The notes below the pieces were generated by a model. It was not told where the DNA came from and searched no databases. It was given only the letters and a program-made list of their open reading frames with translations. From Candidatus Sungiibacteriota bacterium (GTDB lineage Bacteria > Patescibacteriota > Minisyncoccia > Sungbacterales > SURF-37): 64,000 nucleotides of DNA. The position numbers were made by a program, and so were the translations under genes. Where the stretch lies: contig JACPMF010000010.1 of NCBI GenBank assembly GCA_016186145.1, forward strand, positions 8,053 through 72,052, given 5' to 3'. Below are positions 26,973 to 36,509 of the stretch, one piece after another (within the stretch, counting starts at the first letter, position 1; the number at the start of each line of letters is the position of its first letter).

Positions 26973-29900
26973 ATGGCAAATAAATTTACCCATTTGCATG
27001 TCCACTCTCACTATTCGCTCCTGGATGGCCTCGCAAAGATAGACCAGCTCGTGCATGAAGCCGCCCGCCTCGACATGGATTCGCTAGCACTCACCGACCA
27101 TGGCGCTCTCTATGGAGCCCTTGAATTTTACAAAAAAGCCAAGGCAGCGGGCATTAAACCCATTATCGGAGCTGAATTGTACGTTGCGTATGAGCGCATG
27201 CAAGATAAGCGCCCGGGGATTGACGATAAGCGTTATCATCTTACGGTGCTTGCGGCAAACCAAGAGGGATATTACAACCTCATGAAGCTGGTGACAAAAG
27301 CGAATTTGGAGGGATTCTATTACAAACCGCGCATTGATAAAGAACTCCTCCGGAAACACTCTCAAGGGCTTATTGCTCTTTCCGGCTGCTTTGCCGGTGA
27401 AATTTCCCGCGCCGTCCAAAACAAGAAAATCGATGCCGCAGAAACGCTTATCCGCGGCTACCAGGAGATATTCGGAAAAGAAAACTTTTATTTGGAAGTC
27501 ATGCCTCACTTTAACTTTCCGGACCAACGCCGCACCAATGAAGCGCTCTTTGTGCTCTCAGAAAAAACCGGCGCGAAACTGGTAGCAACCAATGACATCC
27601 ATTATGTAAAGCCGGATGATGCCGAAGCGCAGGACATTTTGGTATCCGTCCAGACCGGCGCAACATTCAGCGAAGAAAACCGTCTTACCATGCGCGGCGC
27701 CAATTTATCAATGCGCTCGGCAGAAGAAATGGCCGCACTCTTTCCGGAGCGGCCGGAAGCTATCGCGAACACTCAAGAAATCGCCTCGCGGGTGAATATC
27801 GAAATCCCCATAGGCAGTTGGATATTCCCAAGCCTAAAACTGGGAAAAGGATCGCCCGACGATGAATTGCGGGAAACAGCATATGCGGGAATCCAAAAAC
27901 GGGGTATTACCTTAACACCGGAAGTTGAAGCAAGAATCGAATACGAACTGAAAATCATCCGGGACAAAGGATTCGCTCCTTATTTTCTGACCGTTTCCGA
28001 TCTCATCGGCTATGCGCATAAAAAAGGCATCCTTACGAATGTCCGCGGATCGGTCGCCGGTTCGCTCATAACCTATTTGACTTCGATAACCAGTATTAAT
28101 CCGCTTGAATACCGGCTTCCTTTTGAACGGTTTCTGAATCCGGAACGCCCTTCTCCGCCCGATATCGACATGGACTTCGCCGATAACCGCCGGGACGAGG
28201 TCATTCAGTACGCCAAAGACACATACGGTGAAGACAAAGTAGCCCAAATCGGAACCTTTGGAACCATGATGGCTCGAGCAGTGGTGCGGGACGTAGCACG
28301 GGCTCTTGAATACCCGTACGCGGTTGGCGATAAAATCGCTAAGTTCATTCCGGAGGGATCGCAAGGATTCCCCATGACCATCGACCACGCAATGGAAATA
28401 TCGCCGGACCTCAAGACGCTGTATGAAAATGACGCGGAAGCAAAAAAAATTATCGATCAAGCAAAAAAAATGGAAGGATGCGTCCGCCATATTTCGGTGC
28501 ATGCCGCGGGCGTCGTCATTGCCCCGCGGCCCCTTGAAGAATACGTTCCGCTGCAGCTTGACCCCAAAGGCGGAAAGATTATCACCCAGTACGACATGCA
28601 CTCAATAGAAGACGCGGGTCTTCTTAAATTCGACTTTCTCGGAATCCGCAACCTTGCAATCCTTGGAGACGCCGTCAAACTTACCAAGAAACACCGCAAT
28701 ATCGAAATTGATATCGAGCAAATCCCCCTTGATGACAAAAAAACCTTCACACTCCTCTCTCGAGGGGAAACTACCGGACTTTTCCAACTCAACGGCGCCG
28801 GCATGACCAAATACTTGAAAGACCTGAAGCCGTCATCCATACACGATATAAACGCAATGGTAGCGCTCTACCGGCCGGGGCCGATTGAATCAATCCCGAA
28901 TTACATTGAGCGAAAACACAACCCGCGTCTTGTCCGATATCTGGATTCGCGGCTGGAAGAAATTCTAAACCAATCGTACGGGGTTATTACGTACCAAGAC
29001 GACGTGCTTTTGATTGCAATCAAACTTGCCGGATACTCGTGGCTCGAAGCGGACAAGCTTCGCAAGGCGATGGGTAAAAAAATCCCCTCGGAAATGAAAG
29101 CGCAACGGGAAAAACTGATTAGCGGCTTCACGGCAAACGGCATGTCGCACCAAAAAGCCGAAGAATTTTGGCGGCTCATCGAGCCATTCGCCGCCTACGG
29201 CTTCAACAAAGCGCACGCAGCAAGCTACGGCCGGGTCGCGTATCAAACCGCCTACATGAAAGCAAACTTCCCGGGAGAATACATGACTGCCGTACTTACT
29301 GCCGATTCCGGAGACACCGAAAAAATAGCCGAGATAGTAATGGAATGCGGCCGCATGCGCATTCCGGTATTGCCGCCGGACATCAATGAGAGTTTTGCCA
29401 AATTCACCCTTATCAAAGGGGAAACAGAAAAAGACGACAAAATAAGGTTCGGGCTCGAAACGGTAAAAAATGTAGGAGGCAATATTGTTGCCGCAATTAT
29501 CGAATCCCGAGAGCAAGGCGGAAAATTTTCTTCTATCACGAATTTTGTGGAGCGGGTACAGCACCGCGATTTAAACAAAAAATCGCTCGAGTCTCTTATC
29601 AAGTGCGGCGCTATGGATATGCTTGCCGAAAGAGCCCAGCTTTTGGAAAATCTCGATACGATTCTTTCTTACAACCACGAACAGCAACGCCAAAACGCAC
29701 GCGGCCAGAACAGCTTATTTGCCGGAACACCGCTCAATACTGCCGCAGCAATACGACTGAAGCCGGCGCTACCGGCAACGAAAAGCGAACGGCTCGCGTG
29801 GGAACGGGAACTCCTCGGCCTCTATATTTCCGGGCATCCCCTTGAAGAATATAAGGAGAAACTGCAGAATAAAGTTATCCCGCTGAAAGATCTCGCTTTG

Positions 29901-30161
29901 CGCCCAAAAAGTTCTCTTGTAGTGGTTGGCGGCTTGGTTCACGGCATAAAAAAAATAGTCACCAAGGCCGGCTCTCCGATGATTTTTGCCACCATAGAAG
30001 ACCTAACCGGAAAAACCGAGGTTTTGGTATTTCCAAAAGTGCTTGAACGCACCGGATCCGTTTGGCAAGAAGATAAAGTGATAAAAATAAAGGGCAGAAT
30101 TTCAGATTCCCCGCGCGATGATGGAATAAAAATTCTTTGCGAGGAGGCGATTGAGATTTAA
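26973..30161 (+). CDS. dnaE: DNA polymerase III alpha subunit (compact, 1062 aa)
   Basis: PHP domain HLHVHSHYSLLDG, polymerase core motifs (GIRNL..., FNKAHAASY) and an OB fold near the C-terminus. Confidence 0.9.
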   Translation: MANKFTHLHVHSHYSLLDGLAKIDQLVHEAARLDMDSLALTDHGALYGALEFYKKAKAAGIKPIIGAELYVAYERMQDKRPGIDDKRYHLTVLAANQEGYYNLMKLVTKANLEGFYYKPRIDKELLRKHSQGLIALSGCFAGEISRAVQNKKIDAAETLIRGYQEIFGKENFYLEVMPHFNFPDQRRTNEALFVLSEKTGAKLVATNDIHYVKPDDAEAQDILVSVQTGATFSEENRLTMRGANLSMRSAEEMAALFPERPEAIANTQEIASRVNIEIPIGSWIFPSLKLGKGSPDDELRETAYAGIQKRGITLTPEVEARIEYELKIIRDKGFAPYFLTVSDLIGYAHKKGILTNVRGSVAGSLITYLTSITSINPLEYRLPFERFLNPERPSPPDIDMDFADNRRDEVIQYAKDTYGEDKVAQIGTFGTMMARAVVRDVARALEYPYAVGDKIAKFIPEGSQGFPMTIDHAMEISPDLKTLYENDAEAKKIIDQAKKMEGCVRHISVHAAGVVIAPRPLEEYVPLQLDPKGGKIITQYDMHSIEDAGLLKFDFLGIRNLAILGDAVKLTKKHRNIEIDIEQIPLDDKKTFTLLSRGETTGLFQLNGAGMTKYLKDLKPSSIHDINAMVALYRPGPIESIPNYIERKHNPRLVRYLDSRLEEILNQSYGVITYQDDVLLIAIKLAGYSWLEADKLRKAMGKKIPSEMKAQREKLISGFTANGMSHQKAEEFWRLIEPFAAYGFNKAHAASYGRVAYQTAYMKANFPGEYMTAVLTADSGDTEKIAEIVMECGRMRIPVLPPDINESFAKFTLIKGETEKDDKIRFGLETVKNVGGNIVAAIIESREQGGKFSSITNFVERVQHRDLNKKSLESLIKCGAMDMLAERAQLLENLDTILSYNHEQQRQNARGQNSLFAGTPLNTAAAIRLKPALPATKSERLAWERELLGLYISGHPLEEYKEKLQNKVIPLKDLALRPKSSLVVVGGLVHGIKKIVTKAGSPMIFATIEDLTGKTEVLVFPKVLERTGSVWQEDKVIKIKGRISDSPRDDGIKILCEEAIEI

Positions 30162-30266
30162 TCCATCGCAAATATTTAGCACCAAGTGTCTAACAGAATA
30201 TCGACTGCAGATAGTTTGCAGGGCTGAATCTCGACACATAATATATTATTTGTTACACTAGATAAT

Positions 30267-30461
30267 ATGAGAACTCAAACTCGCATCCAAAAATTAGAAA
30301 GAGAAGTCGCGGCGCTTTGGCAAGTGGTTAAATATGAACGACTATGGGATCTTTCGGTGGTTAGGGAAATTCGTAGACGTTCAAAGACGGCCCGAAGAGA
30401 TTTTGCCCAAAAAAGACTACGAACCGAAAATGATGTTTTTGCAAGACTATTTCGTAAATAA
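30267..30461 (+). CDS. Putative antitoxin (non-canonical), partner of the ParE/RelE toxin
   Basis: 64-aa basic helical protein, 3 nt upstream of the toxin gene. Not recognisably Phd, RelB or ParD. Confidence 0.35.
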   Translation: MRTQTRIQKLEREVAALWQVVKYERLWDLSVVREIRRRSKTARRDFAQKRLRTENDVFARLFRK

Positions 30462-30464
30462 TCC

Positions 30465-30746
30465 GTGGCAATAGTCTATTTCTCAAAACCGGCTGAACGT
30501 GACTTGAAATTTCTTTTACGCCCCGCAGCGGAAAAATTTCAAGAAGAACTCAAGCGCCTAAAAGCTAATCCGCGCGCAGGAAAAATGCTGCACGGCCCGC
30601 TTCGCGGGTATTTTTCTTATGATTTCTGGGCGGGCGCAGTTTCGTACCGCGCGGCCTATGAAATTGTAAGAAGCAATGTTATTATTCTTATGGTTGGTGC
30701 GCGCGATAATTTCTATAAAAAGTTTTCCAGAAGGATAAGAATTTAG
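30465..30746 (+). CDS. ParE/RelE-family type II toxin
   Basis: MAIVYFSKPAERDLKFL...YRAAYEIVRSNVIILMVGARDNFY fits the ParE/RelE fold pattern (I.F...A..DL..L, YRIIY.I....V.ILRIGHR...Y). Confidence 0.6.
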   Translation: MAIVYFSKPAERDLKFLLRPAAEKFQEELKRLKANPRAGKMLHGPLRGYFSYDFWAGAVSYRAAYEIVRSNVIILMVGARDNFYKKFSRRIRI

Positions 30747-30808
30747 TGATGGAAAATAAAAAGGCCGAGGAGGGTTACTCACTCGACAATACTCTGAATG
30801 TATGCGGC

Positions 30809-31126
30809 CTAAGAAATGACGGTGGGGATTTCTTCAAGCCAATAACGTGCTTCCGGATATGTCGCCTGCGCTTCATGGGCCAATGATGGAATACCAGAAT
30901 TGAGCATCGCATGCCTATCAAGAAGTAAAATACTGCAGCCAGTGCGCTTACAAAGACCAATTGCATGTAGCCTACCACCTAAACGTTCTGCAGCACTTTC
31001 GAGAGATTCGGCCATTACCACCCCATGCAGTTTAAGAACAGAAGGAGGAACTCCAAATTCTGCACCAATTTCCCCATAAAATCCGCGCTGAGCAAGAGCG
31101 ATATCGCCGACAAGAAAGGCTTTCAT
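30809..31126 (-). CDS. Hypothetical 105-aa protein
   Basis: No secure family assignment. Confidence 0.3.
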   Translation of the reverse strand: MKAFLVGDIALAQRGFYGEIGAEFGVPPSVLKLHGVVMAESLESAAERLGGRLHAIGLCKRTGCSILLLDRHAMLNSGIPSLAHEAQATYPEARYWLEEIPTVIS

Positions 31127-31189
31127 CTACGCACTCCCCTTTTTGCTGGGTTAAAAGGTGCTTAATGTGTAATTAATGCTAACAGACAA

Positions 31190-32458
31190 ATGAAAAAAAG
31201 TCAACCACTCGAAAAACTCGGGACTGGTCCTACAGAGAACCAGGAACAACCAAAAGAACTGCCGGAAAATGACCATAGAACGCTCGGACAGCGGCTGGAT
31301 TTGTTTTCATTCCACGACATCTCGCCCGGCGCGCCATTTTGGCATCCGAAGGGCATGCTGATTTTCCGCGAGCTTGAGAAATTCGCTCGAAAGATAAATG
31401 ACCAAAACGGGTACCAAGAAATTTCAACGCCGATCCTTGTAAAAAAGGAGCTTTTTGAAAAGTCCGGCCACTGGGAATACTACAAGGAAAACATATTTTG
31501 GTTCCAAAACCCGCGTGATGAAAATGAAGTTCTTGCTCTTAAATCCATGAATTGTCCGGAATCGTCTTTCATATATAACTCGGCTATCCGAAGCTACAAA
31601 GATTTTCCTTTGCGCTTGGCAGAAATCGGCCGCCTGCACAGAAATGAACTTTCCGGAACCTTAGGCGGATTGCTAAGAGTGAGGCAAATCACAATGGACG
31701 ACGCTCATATTTTTGTACGGCAGGATCAAGCTGTTGAAGAAATTAGAAGTGTGTTGAAAACAATAAATGACTTTTATTCGTCATTTGGTTTTAAACCAAA
31801 ATATGTACTTGCCACAAAACCGGAAAAGGCTCTTGGGACAAAAACGGATTGGGATCTTGCCGAGCAAACATTAAAAGATGCCCTCGAGAAAAGCGGCTTA
31901 TTATATAAGATCGCCGAGAAAGAAGGAGCATTTTACGGCCCCAAAATTGAAGTTCACATCGACGACTCGCAAAATAGAGATTGGCAACTGGGAACAGCGC
32001 AACTCGATACTTTAATGCTGCCTAAGCGGCTTAAATTATCTTATATAGATGAAGACGGCTCGAAACAAACGCCTTGGGTAATTCATCGCGCCGTTTTCGG
32101 TTCGTTTGAGCGTTTTATCGCTATTCTCTTGGAGCATTTCAACGGCGCGCTTCCCTTTTGGCTATCCCCCATACAAGTCGCGATTCTGCCCATAAACGAC
32201 AAGGTAACCGGCTATTGTTCGGAGATCGCGGCTAAACTCAGTAAAGCCGATATCCGATTCTGGCTCGACGATCGGAATGAGAGCATTGGGAAAAAAATCC
32301 GAGAAGCAGAAATGCAAAAAATTCCCTACCTTTTGGTGGTCGGCGACCGAGAAGCCGCCGGCAATGTTGTAAGCATCAGAGAGCGCGGCAAAGGAGATAC
32401 CGGCCAGAAACCCCTTGAAAAATTTTTGGAAATGGTGTATACTGAAAAAATACCTTAA
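31190..32458 (+). CDS. thrS: Threonyl-tRNA synthetase, short form (class II catalytic core plus anticodon-binding domain, no N-terminal TGS/editing domains)
   Basis: DHRTLGQRLDLFSF, FWHPKG, HWEYYKENIF, ALKSMNCPESSFIY, YKDFPLRLAEIGRLHRNELSGTLGGLLRVRQITMDDAHIF and FYGPKIEVHI are class-II ThrRS motifs. Confidence 0.85.
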   Translation: MKKSQPLEKLGTGPTENQEQPKELPENDHRTLGQRLDLFSFHDISPGAPFWHPKGMLIFRELEKFARKINDQNGYQEISTPILVKKELFEKSGHWEYYKENIFWFQNPRDENEVLALKSMNCPESSFIYNSAIRSYKDFPLRLAEIGRLHRNELSGTLGGLLRVRQITMDDAHIFVRQDQAVEEIRSVLKTINDFYSSFGFKPKYVLATKPEKALGTKTDWDLAEQTLKDALEKSGLLYKIAEKEGAFYGPKIEVHIDDSQNRDWQLGTAQLDTLMLPKRLKLSYIDEDGSKQTPWVIHRAVFGSFERFIAILLEHFNGALPFWLSPIQVAILPINDKVTGYCSEIAAKLSKADIRFWLDDRNESIGKKIREAEMQKIPYLLVVGDREAAGNVVSIRERGKGDTGQKPLEKFLEMVYTEKIP

Positions 32459-32562
32459 TAGTTCTTTATACCCGTTTATCCTTTAACGAGAGTTCCCCGG
32501 ACGGATCTCTCCTGAAAGGATAAGCCCGTCCCATCGGCAGAAAAAAGAAAGGAGGACAGATC

Positions 32563-32805
32563 GTGGATCAGAAGGACACTCTCGTGACGCGGTTGTTTGA
32601 GGTAACAAAAAAGTCATGGAATGACTACGAAGGGGCCCGTAGAGACGGCGACATACAAAGAATGCGTTCATCCTACGATGAGGTAACGAGACTTCTTCGG
32701 ATTTTGCATATTTCCGGCTGCCAATCCGAGGTGACAACGTTCCTCCGGCAAAACGAAATGCCGGTGAGAGCGATTCTTGCCAAGATCGCTCAAAACGGAC
32801 AATAA
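32563..32805 (+). CDS. Small hypothetical protein (GTG start with GGAGG RBS)
   Basis: GGAGG lies 8 nt upstream of GTG, and a terminator follows. Confidence 0.4.
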   Translation: MDQKDTLVTRLFEVTKKSWNDYEGARRDGDIQRMRSSYDEVTRLLRILHISGCQSEVTTFLRQNEMPVRAILAKIAQNGQ

Positions 32806-32810
32806 TCGAA

Positions 32811-32838
32811 AACGACGCGTCCCCGCGGGCGTTTTTTT
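32811..32838 (+). terminator. Rho-independent terminator (GC-rich hairpin acgcgtccccgcgggcgt plus T7)
   Basis: GC hairpin followed by TTTTTTT. Confidence 0.6.
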
Positions 32839-32894
32839 CTTTATATGGTATACTTTGGAACGAAACAAATTCCTCAACAAAACTATTTCTCAAT

Positions 32895-33509
32895 ATGGAA
32901 AAAGAAGCGCAAAAGCTTATTGTCATCATAGGACCAACCGCATCCGGCAAATCAGAACTTGCAGTACGGCTTGCAAAAAAATTCAGCGGAGAAATTATAT
33001 CGGCTGATTCGCGCCAAGTCTACCGCGAGCTTGATATTGGCACGGGAAAAGTTCCGGGAAAATGGCGACAAAAACCAAAGGTTTTTGTGTACAAAGCCAT
33101 CCCTCATTACTGCATTGATTTTGTTTCTCCAAAAAGAGTTTTCACGGCGGCAGATTTCAAGAAGTGCGCGGAGGGCGCAATCCAGGACATAAATCGCCGC
33201 GGCAAAATTCCTGTTATGGCAGGCGGCACGGGATTTTACATTGATGCCGTTTTATATGAAAACCTCCTTCCGAATGTTCCGCCGAATAAAACGCTTCGCA
33301 ATACCCTTTCCCAAAAGAGCGCCCGGAAGCTGTTTATGTTGCTGAAAAGACTTGACCCCGAACGGGCAAAAAATATTGACCGGAAAAATCCGCGGCGATT
33401 AATCCGCGCAATCGAAATTGCCAAGGCTCTGGGACGGGTTCCCAAATTCAAAAAAAATCAAATTATACGATACTCTGGATTGGAGTTTCGCGCCCTGATA
33501 TCGAACTGA
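32895..33509 (+). CDS. miaA: tRNA dimethylallyltransferase, N-terminal part. The frame is broken at an A8 homopolymer (33450-33457).
   Basis: P-loop IIGPTASGKSELAVRLAKK, and DSRQVYRELDIGTGK. The main frame is correct through ...KFKK. Confidence 0.8.
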   Translation: MEKEAQKLIVIIGPTASGKSELAVRLAKKFSGEIISADSRQVYRELDIGTGKVPGKWRQKPKVFVYKAIPHYCIDFVSPKRVFTAADFKKCAEGAIQDINRRGKIPVMAGGTGFYIDAVLYENLLPNVPPNKTLRNTLSQKSARKLFMLLKRLDPERAKNIDRKNPRRLIRAIEIAKALGRVPKFKKNQIIRYSGLEFRALISN

Positions 33510-33844
33510 AGCAGCGAATACACAAACGGCTTATTATGCGGCTCCGGGAAGGCATGATACGAGAAGCGCGAACTCTCCGCAAGCGAGGACTTGCGTGGAA
33601 AAGATTTTATGAGCTCGGCCTTGAATACCGTTTTTTAGCCGAATACCTGCGCAAAAAATTGAGCCACAAAGAGATGGTAACACGGCTTGAGCGCGCCATT
33701 AAAAACTATGCGCGGCGCCAAAAAACGTGGTTTCGAAAGAATACCAAAATAAATTGGGTATCGAGCTCCGGCGAAACAGAAAGATTGGTTAAACACTTTT
33801 TGAAGGAAGTAGTTATGCCGGTCAGAGGGAAAACCGATAAATGA
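33458..33844 (+). CDS. miaA: tRNA dimethylallyltransferase C-terminal part in the +1 frame
   Basis: The frame-2 translation ...WIGVSRPDIELKQRIHKRLIMRLREGMIREARTL...YARRQKTWFRK matches the MiaA C-terminus (IGL...R..L..RI..R...M...GL.EE, Y.KRQ.TWFR). Adding one A to the A8 run joins the two parts. Confidence 0.65.
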   Translation, partial: SNYTILWIGVSRPDIELKQRIHKRLIMRLREGMIREARTLRKRGLAWKRFYELGLEYRFLAEYLRKKLSHKEMVTRLERAIKNYARRQKTWFRKNTKINWVSSSGETERLVKHFLKEVVMPVRGKTDK

Positions 33845-35630
33845 GGAAAGCGGTCTCGCCATGGAAATTCTTTATCTCGCGATATGGTTTTACGCCGGCA
33901 TTTTTCAATTCGTTCTCAAAAATATCGCCGTCATCGGCGAGCGATCTTCTTCTCACTTCTCGAGCCAAAACGTTTTCGGTGTTTTGAACAAAGTAAACTT
34001 CACGAACGCCGATTCGTTCAAAATAATCTCTTCCGTTTTCTGCAAGCACCCGCCGGTATGTTTCGGCGTCCGCAATCGGCCAGCCGTGATACACCGCTCT
34101 TCGTAAAAAGGTCCAGAGTTGCGGCCCAAGCGCTTGGTTGCCGTTATAAACAAACATCCACGCTTCTGGCTCAAGGTTTTTGATGACATCCTCTTCAAAG
34201 GTCCGATCAAGGAGTTCGGCAATAACCGGGTAGTCGAAACTTACCATCACCTCCGGTCTCTTTCCGGCAAGCTCCGTTGATATAAAATCTTCCAGCTGAT
34301 TATAGCCCCAGTTGTAGTTGTCTCGGCGCACTTCTGCGGCATAGGCCCACGGAGCACCGCCAACCGGAGAAAGCGCAATAGCGGAGTTATACGAATAGAA
34401 AATCTCAAAAATGACTATAAATGCAAAAATTAAATTTGTAGTAAAAAATCTCCTACAGCCAACTGTATCAATAGACTGAACTATTGAACCAAATGGCTTC
34501 ATAACGAATTTACCAGTATGTACAACAAAAAAACCAGCGGCAAGCGAAAGCCACGGGACGAGCATGGTAAGAAAACGCTCGGTAGGACCGATAACCACCA
34601 TAAATACAGCAAGCCATAAGAAAAACGAGAGGAATATAATATGCGATTTGGCCCGCCTCAATATAAGAAAAAGTCCGCCGAATGAAAGCAAAAGGAAAAA
34701 CGGCGAGTTTGTCCTAAAAAGTGTTGGCAAGTAGCTGCGAAAGCGATCGCCAAAAGAGCCGATTTCTTCCTTGCCGGGCATATCAGACCATGCGGCAACA
34801 TTCTGGCCGAAAACATAAGAAAACTGAAAATCAAAATGCCCAAAGTTTTGGTAAAGACCGATGTTATAGATAATAACCGGGCTTACAAAAACAAGAAGAC
34901 AAAAAATAGAAAGTGGAAAATAGAAACTTTTCAGATAATCTCTTCGGAGGATAATAAAAATTGTTAAAAAAACCGGAGCCAATATAAAAGCTGTATACTT
35001 AGCAAGAAAGGAAATGCCGGTCAAAACGGCCGCTGCTAAAAACCACGCACCATTTTTAATTCTTACTTTTCCTGTGCCATGCGCATCTGTACCAATAGAC
35101 TGAACTATTGAACCGGGTAGAGAATGACTACGAAACGAACGAATGAAACAATAAGCGGCGGCAAGCATCAACGCGATAACAATTGATTCCTGAAGCGCTA
35201 CGCGGGAAATCCAAACATGTCCTACCGTAACGGCAAAAAATAGGGCGCTTATCACACCGATAGATTTTGAATATAATTCCCGGCCGATAAGGTAAAGGAG
35301 GACGACAGAAACTACACCAGCAAGCGCTGCCGGAGTCCTTCCGGCAAAAATATTTTCGCCAAAGCTCTTAAACGATAAATATTCAAAAAAGAAAACAAGT
35401 AACGGATGATCGTGGAAAGACAATTTCATCCACCACGGCGCGCTTATAACCCATTGAATTGGGGTCGGCTGTTCAATCCCAAAATTAAAATCAAGCATCT
35501 TCATTCCGCGCGCCATATAGCTTGCCTCGTCAGTAACTACGTCGTTGCGATCAAGTTGCCAGAAATAAAAAATGGCTGATAAGGCAATTATTGCTCCGAG
35601 TATTAAAATATTTATTTTGGGTATTGACAA
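33822..35630 (-). CDS. Membrane glycosyltransferase of the GT39/GT83 ArnT/PMT-like family (TTG start), with a C-terminal soluble domain
   Basis: About 11 TM helices. N-terminal ...FYFWQLDRNDVVTDEASYMARG resembles the PMT/ArnT DE-loop. C-terminal ~150-aa soluble part. Confidence 0.5.
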   Translation of the reverse strand: MSIPKINILILGAIIALSAIFYFWQLDRNDVVTDEASYMARGMKMLDFNFGIEQPTPIQWVISAPWWMKLSFHDHPLLVFFFEYLSFKSFGENIFAGRTPAALAGVVSVVLLYLIGRELYSKSIGVISALFFAVTVGHVWISRVALQESIVIALMLAAAYCFIRSFRSHSLPGSIVQSIGTDAHGTGKVRIKNGAWFLAAAVLTGISFLAKYTAFILAPVFLTIFIILRRDYLKSFYFPLSIFCLLVFVSPVIIYNIGLYQNFGHFDFQFSYVFGQNVAAWSDMPGKEEIGSFGDRFRSYLPTLFRTNSPFFLLLSFGGLFLILRRAKSHIIFLSFFLWLAVFMVVIGPTERFLTMLVPWLSLAAGFFVVHTGKFVMKPFGSIVQSIDTVGCRRFFTTNLIFAFIVIFEIFYSYNSAIALSPVGGAPWAYAAEVRRDNYNWGYNQLEDFISTELAGKRPEVMVSFDYPVIAELLDRTFEEDVIKNLEPEAWMFVYNGNQALGPQLWTFLRRAVYHGWPIADAETYRRVLAENGRDYFERIGVREVYFVQNTENVLAREVRRRSLADDGDIFENELKNAGVKPYREIKNFHGETAFLIYRFSL

Positions 35631-35652
35631 AAAATTATAAACTTGTTATATT
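35624..35652 (+). promoter_or_regulatory. Consensus sigma70 promoter TTGACA-N17-TATATT driving the 35691 gene
   Basis: Exact -35 hexamer, 17-nt spacer, near-consensus -10. It lies about 40 nt upstream of the GGGGGAGG RBS. Confidence 0.5.
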
Positions 35653-35690
35653 AGCAGTATATTTTTAAACTGGAGCAGGGGGAGGAAAGA

Positions 35691-35996
35691 ATGCCTTTTC
35701 TAAGAATCATCTGTCTAAACAGGCTTGAAAACCTTGACATGTTAATTCTTTCAACTCTCGTTGGCTCAATTTTTGGCCAAGACAAAGAGATAGGCTACTT
35801 TGAAGGTGGTAAAACTATAGAGATCGTTGGAGATGTGAGTTCACTGAGGGCTGTTCAAGAAGGGGTTTATGGTCACTGGCCCGTCAACGCACGGTTTCAA
35901 GAATTGGCCCTTGGATTCTACCCCGGCGGTCTGAAATCATGGCATAAAGATTTTCCGCGCCTTATGGCCAAAGTAACCGATGTTCAAATGCTGTGA
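35691..35996 (+). CDS. Hypothetical 101-aa protein
   Basis: Strong RBS GGGGGAGG 7 nt upstream of the ATG. Confidence 0.4.
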   Translation: MPFLRIICLNRLENLDMLILSTLVGSIFGQDKEIGYFEGGKTIEIVGDVSSLRAVQEGVYGHWPVNARFQELALGFYPGGLKSWHKDFPRLMAKVTDVQML

Positions 35997-36039
35997 AGCA
36001 AGACTTTTTCCACCACGCCGCATGGCCTGGTGGTTTATT

Positions 36040-36288
36040 TTAATATGCTCTGCTTCTATGCTTTATCCTATAAATTTTCACTTCTTTGATCCCGTCGTCT
36101 ATCTCATATAAAACCCGCCAATCACCGATGCGAATCCTCCAAGCATTTTTAGAACCAATAAGTTTTAGGGCGCTATCACGAGGGTTAACTCTCAATTTCA
36201 AAAGCCGCTCAATGATACGATTATGCATTGAACGCTCCAACAAACCCAGATCGCGCTCGGCCCTTGATTCAAGTAAAACTCTATACAC
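36040..36288 (-). CDS. RelE/ParE-family type II toxin
   Basis: MYRVLLESRAERDLGLL...NPRDSALKLIGSKNAWRIRIGDWRVLYEIDDGIKEVKIYRIKHRSRAY is a canonical RelE pattern. Confidence 0.65.
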   Translation of the reverse strand: MYRVLLESRAERDLGLLERSMHNRIIERLLKLRVNPRDSALKLIGSKNAWRIRIGDWRVLYEIDDGIKEVKIYRIKHRSRAY

Positions 36289-36475
36289 GTTTGCCGAGAT
36301 AATTTTTTAGTTCTCTAAATGAAGTTTTAGATTTTTTAATTCTGCGAAGCTCGGCTAAATCTTCCTTATCATCAATACTTTCAAGCAGTTTTTCATATTT
36401 TTTTATATCTAAAATAACCGCCTGCGGCTTTCCATTGCGGATGATAATTTGCGGTCTTGTCTCTACAATTGACAT
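36281..36475 (-). CDS. Phd/YefM-type antitoxin
   Basis: PQIIIRNGKPQAVILDIKKYEKLLESIDDKEDLAELRR. Overlaps the toxin start by 8 nt. Confidence 0.5.
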   Translation of the reverse strand: MSIVETRPQIIIRNGKPQAVILDIKKYEKLLESIDDKEDLAELRRIKKSKTSFRELKNYLGKRV

Positions 36476-36509
36476 ATTTCAATAATACAGTTTATAAGAA
36501 GTCAGTCAA

